Part shown: one piece after another, positions 10,079 through 20,274 of the stretch
Numbering within the stretch: position 1 is the first letter of the stretch
Layout: the number at the start of each line of letters is the position of its first letter
Source: Gammaproteobacteria bacterium
Lineage (GTDB): Bacteria; Pseudomonadota; Gammaproteobacteria; Eutrophobiales; Eutrophobiaceae
Reading direction: 5' to 3'
Assembly: GCA_041689615.1 (NCBI GenBank)
Contig: JBDNFW010000033.1
Location: 258,520 to 322,519, forward strand
DNA: 64,000 bases
The notes under the pieces: model-generated
Databases searched by the model: none
Seen by the model: the letters and a program-made list of their open reading frames with translations, nothing else
What the model was told of the DNA's origin: nothing
Translations under genes and position numbers: made by a program

Positions 10079-13000
10079 CTATATTGCTTCAAGACTTAAT
10101 TGATTTTTCTCAAATGCCATTTGCAAAGAACTGTCACGTACGCATTCATAACAATCGATCAATGCTATCAACTGCCCTTTACTATCGATGAACTCTATTG
10201 ATGCATTAGCCCTATGATCAGTTTTCTCATTAACTACAGTAATAATTCTTGCTCCATCTTTTGGATAGTTGCGTTGATATTGACGGTAACTGGAAATGGC
10301 CGTCGGCAAAGAAGCAATACCTCTCTCTTCAAAACTCCAGAGGATCATCATCTGGAAGGCAGAATCAAGAATTAAAGGATCAGTTAACCAACTCGAACGT
10401 ATCGGTTGGTTCATCCACGTTGATGGTTGCGGTGCTGCGTTTACATTGGCAGCAATACCTTTATCACTACAGTGAGTTACTTCTTTAATACCTTGTAGAT
10501 CTTGCCCGTGAAACAACTGTCCATTTTTATAATATTCACCTTGAGTTTTATTGTATTTCTTATTTACCACTTTTAATTGCGGTAACACATTCGTTTCATA
10601 ACTATCAGCCAAAATCATTATTGCACTGGCATGCAATAAGTCATCAGAACGTAATTCAACTGGCACTAAAGAAACATCACCTTTATGAATAATGTTGCCC
10701 GCAAGAATTCTCAAACGAATAGTTTCGTCAGCTTTTAAAGTAACACCTTTTAATACACGAAAATCGTCAAAGCCCTGAAACTGCATGCCCGGATTTAAAT
10801 GTAATGCACCATGTGCAAACCATTCGATAATAATAGCCACAGGCAAAACAGCCTGACCATTCATTACATGTGATTTTAGAAACGCATGTGTATTAACTGA
10901 AAGCTCACGTTCAAAAGCTAAAGACAGCTCGCTGTTTTCGACTGACAATGCTGAATAATTCTTTAAAGGTATTTTTTGTAAAATATTATCTGATTCACCG
11001 AGTACAACTGTCTCCACAGGTCCATCAGATTCTATCTCATTTATTAAATACTCAGCACCGGCTCTGAGTCCAATAACACCAACGCCTTCTTCTGCAAATA
11101 ATTTTTTTAATGCAGGAGTCACCATGCCACCATCCCAGGGACCCCAGTTAACTGATAAGACTTTGCAATCCTTTCTATTGTGATTTTCTTGTACTGCTTG
11201 CTTATTTAAGATTTCATTTGCCGCAGCGTAGTCAACCTGGCCTTTACGCCCCAATCTAGCTGTCGTCGATGAAAATAAAACTATCAGTTTTAATGTGTCA
11301 TTATTAGTTGCTGTCAATAAATTATCTAAACCATCTACCTTGGTAGAATAAACAGTATTGAATTGTTCTTCTGTTTTATCTTCTATCAAACGATCCGCAA
11401 GCACACCAGCAGCATGTATTATTCCAGTAACATTACCTAACTCAGCACGTGCTAAATCAATTGTATTTGTAACCGCATCAACATCAGTAACATCAACTGA
11501 GCTGTACTGAACTTTTGTACCCGTCTGTTCGATGCGTTCCAGCGTTGCTTTAATTTCACGATTAGCCAAAATGGATTGATATTGTTTTTCAAGTTCAGCA
11601 GGACGCAAATTTTTTTCTGCTTCATCCATAATCGCTTTCTTGATACTTGCCGCATCGGACAAAGATGATAACCATTCTGGTTCGTTCTTCGGTTCTGGAC
11701 TGCGGCCTAATAGTAACAAACTACATTGATATGTTTCGGCTAACTTAACCGCTACTTCAGCAGTCACGCCGCGCGCACCTCCGGAAATAACAATAAGATC
11801 GTCTTGATTTAAAGCTGTTCGTTCTTGTTTACTATCAGAGAGCGCCTCTTCTTCTAATAATAACTGACTTGCTTTTTCATCTGACAAACCGACTTCTAAA
11901 GGCCCATCGAGAAAGAGTTCATTTTGAATTAAATCAACTGATGCTGAAGCTTGATTAATATCAATCGATTTGCAATTAACATCAGACCATTCTTTATCTG
12001 CCGTTTTAATAATGCCATACAGCCCAGCCTGAACAGGATTAGTTTCAATACTGCCATTAAATCCAAAACTTCCGCCCAATGATGTTATTGAAGCAAGTAT
12101 GCCTTTTGATTTTTTTAGACTATCAGCACAACGCTGCACCAATGAAAATGTATCAAGCAAATATTGTTTATCCGCTTCTACTTTGGCGCAAATAATTAAA
12201 GCACCTAATTCATCAATTGCTGCTTGACCATTATTAATAAGCTTTGTTTTATATCCTTTTTCTTTTAATGTCGTTGCTAACTGATCAGCCAGTTCACCAC
12301 CCTCTTTCGTAATCCAGATTTCTTTATCTTTATTAAAGTCTATCTGTTGGCGAGACCCTGTTTCATCAAGTTCAGCAAGGTGAACAACACTGCGGACAAT
12401 TCTTGATTCTTTTTTGCTTTCAACGACTGCTTCTTTGACTGCTGCAACTGTTACTACTTTATTACCAGTAACAACTTGCTCGTTCATATAATCAATGATT
12501 TGTTGCAAGGTCTGTAAAGCAGCTAAATCATCCGCTGATACAGTCGGCAAGTCTGGCATTTTGTCTTGTAATGCCGATAAGATTTCCACACGTTTAATTG
12601 AGTCGATACCAAGATCACTATCCAGATTCATTTCCAGATTTAACATATCCACTGGATAACCGGTTTTATCTGCCACAACCTCTAATAATACTTCTGATAA
12701 ATTCGAATCACTTACTGGGAGTGACTGTTCTTGTTGATCAGAAGGTAATGCTTCAGAAATATTAAAAACATCAACAATCGATTGCAATGTTTGTAAGGTG
12801 GCCATGTCATCAGGACTAACTGAAGGTAATTCAGGTATGCGTTCTTGTATTGCAGATAAAATTTCAACGCGCTTAATCGAATCAATACCGAGATCGCTAT
12901 CCAGATTCATTTCCAGATTTAACATATCTACCGGATAACCGGTTTTGTCTGCCACAACTTCAAGTAGAGTATCTGCAAAACCGTTAATAACACTTGTCGT

Positions 13001-16000
13001 ATTAACAGCAACTACAACAGGTGCAGATTCCGTTTGTTCAGTGATAAATAATTCTGTTATAGATCGTAAGGTTTGCAATTGCCCCAATTCATCTGGACTG
13101 ATTGTTGGTAATTCTGGCATTGCTTCTTGCAATGCCGATAAAATCTCAACACGTTTGATCGAATCGATACCGAGGTCGCTATCAAGATTCATATCCAGTT
13201 CCAACATATCTATTGGATAACCGGTTTTTTCTGAAACGATTTCTAATAAAACTTTAGCGAAGTTGTCATCAACTTGAGTCGCTGCTGCCACAGTTTTTGT
13301 TGTAGTACTTGCGGCAATCCCCACCGGTCTACCGGCAGCAATAAATTCAACAATATGTTGCAAGAACTGGAAGGTGCCTAATTCTTCCGGATTAACAGCT
13401 TGCGACCAGGGTAATTGTTCTTGCAAGGCAGAAAGAATTTCAACACGCTTAATTGAATCAATTCCCAAATCAGTATCCAGACTCATATCGAGACTTAACA
13501 TTTCTAATGGATAACCCGTTTTTTCTGAGACGACTTTTAATAACAAATTATTTATATCAATATCCGTTGTTTCAATTGAAACTGGAGCAGACTGAATGGT
13601 TTCTTCTCTCTCTTTAACAAGCGGCGCTTTGATTAGATTATTTTTTTTTGGCTCAGATTTTATTGATTCTGTTTTTTGTGCCGGCGCACTGACTTGTGTT
13701 AGCTGTTGTACAGCTAAAGGTTGTCCTGACATTAATCGAAATTGCTGATCTAACAATGATTGAATTGATTTTTGTGCTGTCTCCTGTCCTTCAAGATACT
13801 GCTGATGTAAACGCGCGGTTTGTTCCTGCATTTTTTGTAAGGCAATAATGCTTTCCTGCGTAGCTTGTAATAAACCGCTGCTTGCAACAGTGCTAACTGA
13901 TGTTGTTACTTGTTCAGTTTCTTTAGAAGAAATATTTTTTACATCATTCGTCATGGCATTAACATTAATTACTGGTTTAGATTTTGGTTTACTTGCTGGA
14001 CGCGGCTTACGCGGCATTGTGTAATTCGCACCACTTATTGCTATGGTCATTACAGGTTTTACATCTTTAGCCGGTCTTTCCATGGTTGAACATGATGCAT
14101 CCCATTTATTAAGTTCAACTTGTTGTCCATTAACTGCTAACGTTGCTAACACAAGAGCCAAATCATATTGACCTTGCTTCTTGCCGACTGAGGCATCAAT
14201 AGCAATAGTAGTAATAGGTTTGTCTGCAAGAATTGAATTAATTAATCCGGTTAATATTTTTCCCGGGCCTACTTCAACAAAAGTCGTAATACCTTCTGCA
14301 TATAGTTTTTCAACCTGTTCGACAAAACGAACAGGCGATGCTAATTGATATGCTAATAGTTGTTTCGCTGCGTCAACATCTTTTGGATAAGTGTCAGTCG
14401 TTGTATTGGATAAAACCTGATAATTGTTTTTTTCGAACTTAAATGGCGCCAGTGCTTCAGCAAATGGTTTCGCAGCATCAGCAACAAATGAACTGTGAAA
14501 TGCTGCTGCTACAGGTAATTTAATTGCACGTATTTTTTCAGCTTTAGCAACTTTTGCAAAAGCATCCACTTGATCTGTTGAACCTGATAACACAACCTGT
14601 GTTGGTGAGTTATGATTTGCAATAACCAGTTCTAACTTATTTTTTTTCAATAAGGACTCTACTTGTTCATAAGGCGCAACGACTGCCAGCATAGAACCTC
14701 TATCACCTTCACCTGTAGCCATTAACTCACCACGAATTCGTGATAAGCGATGCAATGTTTCAGCGTTATACATGCCTGCTGCCGATAGTGCAGTTAATTC
14801 ACCATAACTATGACCAATCGCAGCTTTTGGCTTAACAGAAAAATAATTTAATACTTCAAGCGCACCAAGACTTACAGCACCAATGGCAGGCTGTGCATTT
14901 TGCGTTTGTCGTAAAGTTTCTTCCTGATGTTTTTGATCAGCTTTGGAAAAAACAGGAATAGGATAAAGCACATCACCCAAGCTTTCTTTTCCTAGGCTTT
15001 CTTTACCCGTCGCTTCTATGAAAATATTGTTTGCTTGTTCTAATACATTTAAAAACTGAGGAAACTGACAGGCTAGATCACGACACATGCCAGTGTATTG
15101 CGAACCTTGTCCCGGGAAAACAAAAGCAATGTTGTCGTTGTTTCTTTCAGAACTGTATGCAACACCATCAGGTCTTTGCCATGCTGATTCAGATGAAGAT
15201 GTTAATTGCTTTTTAATATCAGCAATAAACTTTTGTCTATCTTCATTTGATTTTTCAATGACTATCGTTAAACGATGAGCTGCATCGCTTTTAAAACTTT
15301 GACATGAATCATAAGCAAAAAACCTGAGTTCATTCCATGAATCAAGAATGGTAGACTCTGGTAACTGTTTTATTAATTCTTCTTTTGAATCTACGCTTAA
15401 AGCAATAATTAAAACAGTACCATCCCATTCAATTTCGGTTTTCGTTTCTTCAGCTTCTTCAAGTACACAATGAAAATTGCTGCCGCCAAAACCAAACGAA
15501 CTTAATCCCGCACGACGCGGAGTAGATTGTGTTTTTAACCATGGACGTTTCACGGTATTGAGATAAACAGGTGAAGTACCGGGATTAATAATTTCTAATG
15601 GTTCATCTACTTTAATACTCGGTGGTAAAACTTTATATTTTAAAGCCATGGCCGTTTTAATCAGTCCGGCAACACCGGCTGCAGCTTTGGTATGTCCGAT
15701 CATCGATTTTACTGATCCAATCGCACACCATGTTTCACCATCATTATCTTGTCCATAAACACCGGACAACGCAGTTGCTTCAACAGCATCACCAACTGAT
15801 GTACCTGTACCATGCGCTTCAACTAACTCAATGCTTCTTGGAGTAACATCCGCTTCACGATAGGCATTCCATAATGCTTTGGTTTGACCTGTAGCACTCG
15901 GTGCATAAATGGCATTACCTCTACCATCAGACGAAGAACCGATACCACGTAATACCGCATAGATTTTATCGTTGTCACGTTTAGCATCGTCAAGTCGTTT

Positions 16001-16843
16001 TAATACAACGGCACCAATGCCTTCACCTAAAATTGTTCCATCGCCTTCTTTAGCAAACGGACGACTATTACCTGTTGGCGATAAGGCCGGTGTTTTACTA
16101 AAACACATATACATAAAAATATCGTTAAAGGTATCGACACCACCGGTAATAGCCATATCAACTCTGCCGGCACTCAGTTCCATTGAAGCAAGGTGTAATG
16201 CACTTAATGAACTCGCACAAGCTGCATCAACAACACAATTGGTGCCACCAAAATCAAATCTATTAGCAATACGACCGGCTGCAACATTACCTAATAAACC
16301 AGGGAATGAATTCTCTTGCCAGGGCACATAACCATCAGCAATGCGTTGTACGACATCTTCTGCTGTTTCAGGATCTATTCCAGCATCGGCTAATGCTTTT
16401 CGCCATATTGGATGACCGAGTCGAGCACCTAACGGAATCACTAATTCTAATGTACCGGTCACACCCATAATGACGCTGGTGCGATCACGATCAAATTCAC
16501 GACCATCACCTGCATCTTTAGCAGTGGAATAATTCGCATCTAATAATGCCTGACGCGTAACCACCATACCTAATAATTGTGTGGTATCCGTCGCTTCAAT
16601 ATTGTTCGGACTTAGTCCGTATAACAGTGGGTTAAATTCTTGCGCATTAATAAAACCACCACGTTTAGCATAAGTCATATCTGGTGCAGTTTTATCCGCA
16701 TCAAAATAATCTTCCGGTTTCCAATGCGTATCAGGTATATCAGTTATCGCATCAACGCCTTCACGAATATTGGTCCAATACTCTTGAGGATTATCTGCTT
16801 TAGGAAATAGACAACCAATACCAACAATAGCAAGAGGCTTCAT
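10079..16843 (-). CDS. pfaA: PUFA synthase PfaA: KS-MAT-4xACP-KR-DH
   Basis: 2254 aa. KS motif VVDAACASSLSALH. MAT motif GHSYGE. Four ACP repeats (LGIDSIKRVEILSAL). KR Rossmann motif ISGGARGVTAEVA. PKS-type DH domain at the C-terminus. Confidence 0.92.
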   Translation of the reverse strand: MKPLAIVGIGCLFPKADNPQEYWTNIREGVDAITDIPDTHWKPEDYFDADKTAPDMTYAKRGGFINAQEFNPLLYGLSPNNIEATDTTQLLGMVVTRQALLDANYSTAKDAGDGREFDRDRTSVIMGVTGTLELVIPLGARLGHPIWRKALADAGIDPETAEDVVQRIADGYVPWQENSFPGLLGNVAAGRIANRFDFGGTNCVVDAACASSLSALHLASMELSAGRVDMAITGGVDTFNDIFMYMCFSKTPALSPTGNSRPFAKEGDGTILGEGIGAVVLKRLDDAKRDNDKIYAVLRGIGSSSDGRGNAIYAPSATGQTKALWNAYREADVTPRSIELVEAHGTGTSVGDAVEATALSGVYGQDNDGETWCAIGSVKSMIGHTKAAAGVAGLIKTAMALKYKVLPPSIKVDEPLEIINPGTSPVYLNTVKRPWLKTQSTPRRAGLSSFGFGGSNFHCVLEEAEETKTEIEWDGTVLIIALSVDSKEELIKQLPESTILDSWNELRFFAYDSCQSFKSDAAHRLTIVIEKSNEDRQKFIADIKKQLTSSSESAWQRPDGVAYSSERNNDNIAFVFPGQGSQYTGMCRDLACQFPQFLNVLEQANNIFIEATGKESLGKESLGDVLYPIPVFSKADQKHQEETLRQTQNAQPAIGAVSLGALEVLNYFSVKPKAAIGHSYGELTALSAAGMYNAETLHRLSRIRGELMATGEGDRGSMLAVVAPYEQVESLLKKNKLELVIANHNSPTQVVLSGSTDQVDAFAKVAKAEKIRAIKLPVAAAFHSSFVADAAKPFAEALAPFKFEKNNYQVLSNTTTDTYPKDVDAAKQLLAYQLASPVRFVEQVEKLYAEGITTFVEVGPGKILTGLINSILADKPITTIAIDASVGKKQGQYDLALVLATLAVNGQQVELNKWDASCSTMERPAKDVKPVMTIAISGANYTMPRKPRPASKPKSKPVINVNAMTNDVKNISSKETEQVTTSVSTVASSGLLQATQESIIALQKMQEQTARLHQQYLEGQETAQKSIQSLLDQQFRLMSGQPLAVQQLTQVSAPAQKTESIKSEPKKNNLIKAPLVKEREETIQSAPVSIETTDIDINNLLLKVVSEKTGYPLEMLSLDMSLDTDLGIDSIKRVEILSALQEQLPWSQAVNPEELGTFQFLQHIVEFIAAGRPVGIAASTTTKTVAAATQVDDNFAKVLLEIVSEKTGYPIDMLELDMNLDSDLGIDSIKRVEILSALQEAMPELPTISPDELGQLQTLRSITELFITEQTESAPVVVAVNTTSVINGFADTLLEVVADKTGYPVDMLNLEMNLDSDLGIDSIKRVEILSAIQERIPELPSVSPDDMATLQTLQSIVDVFNISEALPSDQQEQSLPVSDSNLSEVLLEVVADKTGYPVDMLNLEMNLDSDLGIDSIKRVEILSALQDKMPDLPTVSADDLAALQTLQQIIDYMNEQVVTGNKVVTVAAVKEAVVESKKESRIVRSVVHLAELDETGSRQQIDFNKDKEIWITKEGGELADQLATTLKEKGYKTKLINNGQAAIDELGALIICAKVEADKQYLLDTFSLVQRCADSLKKSKGILASITSLGGSFGFNGSIETNPVQAGLYGIIKTADKEWSDVNCKSIDINQASASVDLIQNELFLDGPLEVGLSDEKASQLLLEEEALSDSKQERTALNQDDLIVISGGARGVTAEVAVKLAETYQCSLLLLGRSPEPKNEPEWLSSLSDAASIKKAIMDEAEKNLRPAELEKQYQSILANREIKATLERIEQTGTKVQYSSVDVTDVDAVTNTIDLARAELGNVTGIIHAAGVLADRLIEDKTEEQFNTVYSTKVDGLDNLLTATNNDTLKLIVLFSSTTARLGRKGQVDYAAANEILNKQAVQENHNRKDCKVLSVNWGPWDGGMVTPALKKLFAEEGVGVIGLRAGAEYLINEIESDGPVETVVLGESDNILQKIPLKNYSALSVENSELSLAFERELSVNTHAFLKSHVMNGQAVLPVAIIIEWFAHGALHLNPGMQFQGFDDFRVLKGVTLKADETIRLRILAGNIIHKGDVSLVPVELRSDDLLHASAIMILADSYETNVLPQLKVVNKKYNKTQGEYYKNGQLFHGQDLQGIKEVTHCSDKGIAANVNAAPQPSTWMNQPIRSSWLTDPLILDSAFQMMILWSFEERGIASLPTAISSYRQYQRNYPKDGARIITVVNEKTDHRANASIEFIDSKGQLIALIDCYECVRDSSLQMAFEKNQLSLEAI
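12560..13560 (-). repeat. four tandem ~280-bp intragenic repeats encoding the ACP domains of pfaA
   Basis: Near-identical DNA blocks recur at about 12600, 12880, 13160 and 13445 (gaatcgataccgag.tcgctatc.agattcat...ggataaccggtttt). Confidence 0.85.
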
Positions 16844-16854
16844 CTGAGTACCTC

Positions 16855-17090
16855 CAAAAATGCACTTTTCCCGCGATCGCCGCGTCGGCTCCGTACTTGA
16901 ATACTCACAGAGTACGATGTTCTCATGTATGTTTTATACATTGCGATTCTCGGCAATTGCTCCCGGCATTGCTCTACCTCCTGCATCCATGCAGTCGTCC
17001 GCGTATGCATCCTTGCACTTATGTACAGGGATGTACTGTATACCGGTTTTGCAGGAGCAAAAACCGGACACGAAAAAATCACTATTTCTT
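16855..17090. repeat. intercistronic repeat element copy A (pfaD/pfaA spacer), flanked by 11-bp inverted repeats CTGAGTACCTC (16844-16854) and GAGGTACTCAG (17091-17101)
   Basis: Shares the core aaaaatgcactttt...atactcacagagtacgatgt.ctcatgtat with the copies at 49991-50120 and 32480-32592. The flanking inverted repeat contains the pfaA SD (GGAGG). Confidence 0.6.
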
Positions 17091-17128
17091 GAGGTACTCA
17101 GTTTTTTAATGTGTTTCTTTGACATAAC

Positions 17129-18817
17129 TTACTCAGATAAATAACTCTTAATTGTTTCTTGTTGCATAGGATGGAATTGCGTTAATGCAACAGGAAGTTC
17201 AACACCTTGCTTAAGCAAACCATTAATTCGATATAAAACAGCAGCACCAAATAAAATATTCATTGCCACAGTCACTGCATTTCTATTATTTGTTTCAGAT
17301 AAAAAAGTTTCGCGCGTCCATTCATTAAACGCTCCCATTGCTGGGCCACACCAAACTTGATAATCAACTTGGCGATCTTCAACGCCGGCATTTGCCCAAC
17401 GTGAAGACAGTCCTAAATACCATCGAAAAATTAATGCCATTTTATGTTTTGCATCTTTATGCGCTTTTTCAACTTGACGCGGATCTCGTTCAGTAAAAAA
17501 TTCTTCTGTCTTTTGCCATACTTCAGCTAATGACATTTTAAAAATTGTTTTTTCCAGATTCGCTTTTTCTGTTTCAGAAATTTCTTCTATCGATCCGTAT
17601 TTTTTATAAATGTCATAAAGCTTATTACCGCGCATCGCAAACATGGTGCCGCGTTTTAATACTTGTAACTTCACACCCATTTCAAACATATCTACTGCTG
17701 GTGCCATAGTGACGTCAGCTTGTTCTGCATTGGCTAACATTTCTCTAACAATGTCAGAGGAACCTGATTCTTTGCAGGCTTGATTAACAGTACCGGTAAC
17801 AATGTAAGCCGCACCCATAGCAAACGCACCTAATGCTGAAGCAGGTATTGCAATCCCTCCGGCAGCACCAACACGCAGTGGTTTTTCATAATTATGTTTT
17901 GCCTGATATTGATCGCGTAGTGATAACATCGTTGGTAATAATGTAATAGCAGGTCGATTGTCTGTATGACCACCCGAGTCAGCTTCGACCGTTAAGTCTT
18001 GCGCCATCGGAATATGTTTGGCCAAGTCTGCTTCTTCTTTTGTTATCGAACCCTGCTCTAATAATTTTTCCAATAATTTTTCAGGTGGAGGACTAAACCA
18101 TTTGCTTGCAAGCTCTACCCTCGATGCCTTAGCTATGATCCTATTAGGAACAATAATATTACCCTGCTTATCTTTATGAATTCCTTTCACTCGATAACGT
18201 ACAACTGGCAAAGTCAGTTTCATATAAGCAGATGTTTCAACCAGTGTAACTCCGTATTTTAAATAGAGATCAACAACCGCATCTTCATGTCCTATTTCAT
18301 TCGGGCTATAAATAAGGTTAAAGCAAAATGTTTTATCGCCTAAGGAAGTTTGCAGACGTTTAATTGCTGTTTCTATTTCAGTTAAAGACAAACCCGCTGC
18401 ACCGAATGATGCCAACATGCCTTCGCTTGCTAACGCTTCAACCAATTCAACAGAAGCAATGCCATTTGCCATTGAGCCTGCCATATAAGGATAATCAATT
18501 TGATAATCCTGACAAAAATTCTGATCACCTAAGGCTTTAATGGTTTGTGCCGAAGCAATGCCACGTAAACGATACTGTTTGTCGTCTTTTTGATAGTCAT
18601 CACCCTGACTATCAAACTGAATAGATCCACCCAAGGCAATTGCAGATCTGGATTTATTTTCAACTATACAAAATGGCACATCTAACTGATAAAGCTGTTC
18701 AGGCAATTTTTCCAAATCAGATAGACTAGCGCGACTATCCGATTGCCAAACATTTTGAGAATGACGCTTTGTTTCCGTCGAACGAGACGGACTAATAATT
18801 TCTGGTATGGAACTCAC
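17129..18817 (-). CDS. pfaD: PUFA synthase enoyl reductase PfaD (nitronate monooxygenase-like fold)
   Basis: 562 aa. YPYMAGSMANGIASVELVEALASEGMLASFGAAGL region is typical of PfaD-type ER. It lies upstream of and co-directional with pfaA. Confidence 0.85.
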   Translation of the reverse strand: MSSIPEIISPSRSTETKRHSQNVWQSDSRASLSDLEKLPEQLYQLDVPFCIVENKSRSAIALGGSIQFDSQGDDYQKDDKQYRLRGIASAQTIKALGDQNFCQDYQIDYPYMAGSMANGIASVELVEALASEGMLASFGAAGLSLTEIETAIKRLQTSLGDKTFCFNLIYSPNEIGHEDAVVDLYLKYGVTLVETSAYMKLTLPVVRYRVKGIHKDKQGNIIVPNRIIAKASRVELASKWFSPPPEKLLEKLLEQGSITKEEADLAKHIPMAQDLTVEADSGGHTDNRPAITLLPTMLSLRDQYQAKHNYEKPLRVGAAGGIAIPASALGAFAMGAAYIVTGTVNQACKESGSSDIVREMLANAEQADVTMAPAVDMFEMGVKLQVLKRGTMFAMRGNKLYDIYKKYGSIEEISETEKANLEKTIFKMSLAEVWQKTEEFFTERDPRQVEKAHKDAKHKMALIFRWYLGLSSRWANAGVEDRQVDYQVWCGPAMGAFNEWTRETFLSETNNRNAVTVAMNILFGAAVLYRINGLLKQGVELPVALTQFHPMQQETIKSYLSE

Positions 18818-19107
18818 TGTATTTAATCAATAAACTCTTCTGAATATGTAATGGCGGAAAGGACAATGCTTATTTATTTACATCCATCTGTTCTGATTGT
18901 AATGTGCGCGTCCTGAACAGCCCTAATTATTGAATAATATCATTTTTTTCGGGCAAAACCTTGTAGCATCGATGCTCTAAACGATTAAGATTTAGTGACT
19001 ACTTGTTCAAAATGAATGCTGAATTTAGTTATTTTGATGTGATTAACTAAAAAATAAAACCACAAAACATACTAAACCATTGTTTTTATAAGAGATATTT
19101 ATTTTTC

Positions 19108-20175
19108 ATGAAATCCAGAGAAGAATTTCAAACCAAACTTGATGACCTTGCCTATCAAAACAAGATTTTGCAGCATGTCTCTCGAACTTTTGCCTTAACT
19201 ATTCCGCAATTGCCTGAACCATTAAGCACGGTCGTAGCAAATGCCTACCTTTTGTGTCGTATTGCCGACACGATCGAAGATGATAAGAGCATGTCGGCTG
19301 AACAAAAAAAGGAATCTGCCGAGCTTTTTATCAAAGTTGTTAAGGAAAATGCTGAAGCTGAAGCATTTGCCGAAACCCTGTTTCCATTATTGTCACCGAC
19401 AGCAACTGAAGCTGAACATGATCTGATTTCCAATACGTCTCCTGTAATTAGAATTACTCACAGTTTCAATCAACGCCAACGCGCTGCTCTAGAACGTTGT
19501 GTCAAAATCATGGCCGATGGCATGGTAATGTATCAGGATGCTGAAACCCTTGATGGCGTTTCCGATCAGAGGGATATGGATCAATACTGTTATTACGTTG
19601 CGGGCGTTGTTGGCGAAATGTTGACTGAACTTTTCTGCGATCATTCGCCTGAAATCGATGCACATCGTGATGAGATGATGAAATTGGGAGTGTCATTTGG
19701 TCAGGGTTTGCAAATGACCAATATATTGAAAGATATCTGGGAAGATCATGAGCGCGGAGCTTGCTGGTTACCTCGCGATGTATTCGAAAAATACGGTATC
19801 GATATTCGTCATAAAGTACCAGGTAAAATGGGTGAAGGTTTTAATGAAGCTTTAATAGAATTGCTCGGTGTTGCCCATGCACATGTCTATAACGCTTTGC
19901 GCTATACTTTAATGATTCCCGAAAAAGAAAAAGGATTACGAAAATTCTGTTTGTGGGCCTTGGGTATGGCGGTATTAACTCTAGAAAAGATCAGACGACA
20001 GCCTGATTTCACGGAAGGTCAGCAAGTCAAAATCAGTCGTCGCAGTGTTAAAGTCACCCTCTTTTTGACAAGTCTTTTCGTTGGCCAAAATAGAATATTA
20101 AGTTATCTTTTCCAATTCAGTGGACGTCGTTTGCCTATGGCAAATATTCATGCGAAACTCTGCCAAAATCAGTGA
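19108..20175 (+). CDS. sqs: squalene synthase, single-enzyme eukaryote-like type
   Basis: 355 aa. SRTFALTIPQL...YLLCRIADTIEDD and YCYYVAGVVGEMLT match squalene/phytoene synthase motifs. It is the first gene of the hopanoid operon. Confidence 0.8.
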   Translation: MKSREEFQTKLDDLAYQNKILQHVSRTFALTIPQLPEPLSTVVANAYLLCRIADTIEDDKSMSAEQKKESAELFIKVVKENAEAEAFAETLFPLLSPTATEAEHDLISNTSPVIRITHSFNQRQRAALERCVKIMADGMVMYQDAETLDGVSDQRDMDQYCYYVAGVVGEMLTELFCDHSPEIDAHRDEMMKLGVSFGQGLQMTNILKDIWEDHERGACWLPRDVFEKYGIDIRHKVPGKMGEGFNEALIELLGVAHAHVYNALRYTLMIPEKEKGLRKFCLWALGMAVLTLEKIRRQPDFTEGQQVKISRRSVKVTLFLTSLFVGQNRILSYLFQFSGRRLPMANIHAKLCQNQ

Positions 20176-20274
20176 TATACATGACTATAACGCTGAAACA
20201 ACAAGGAGAATAAGGCGGCTTTCGACAGGGCAGTATGGTCTATCTGACTTCTTGCCCCACCTGTATTAAATAAC

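Noticed and set aside
12560-13560. Regular about 280-bp direct repeats that could be mistaken for a CRISPR-like array
   Set aside because: They are in-frame tandem ACP domains of pfaA. The repeat unit is far too long for CRISPR and there are no spacer/repeat alternations.
16840-17144. Four small overlapping ORFs between pfaA and pfaD
   Set aside because: They fall on the intercistronic repeat element copy A and are Cys/His-rich translations of a structured repeat. They are not credible proteins.
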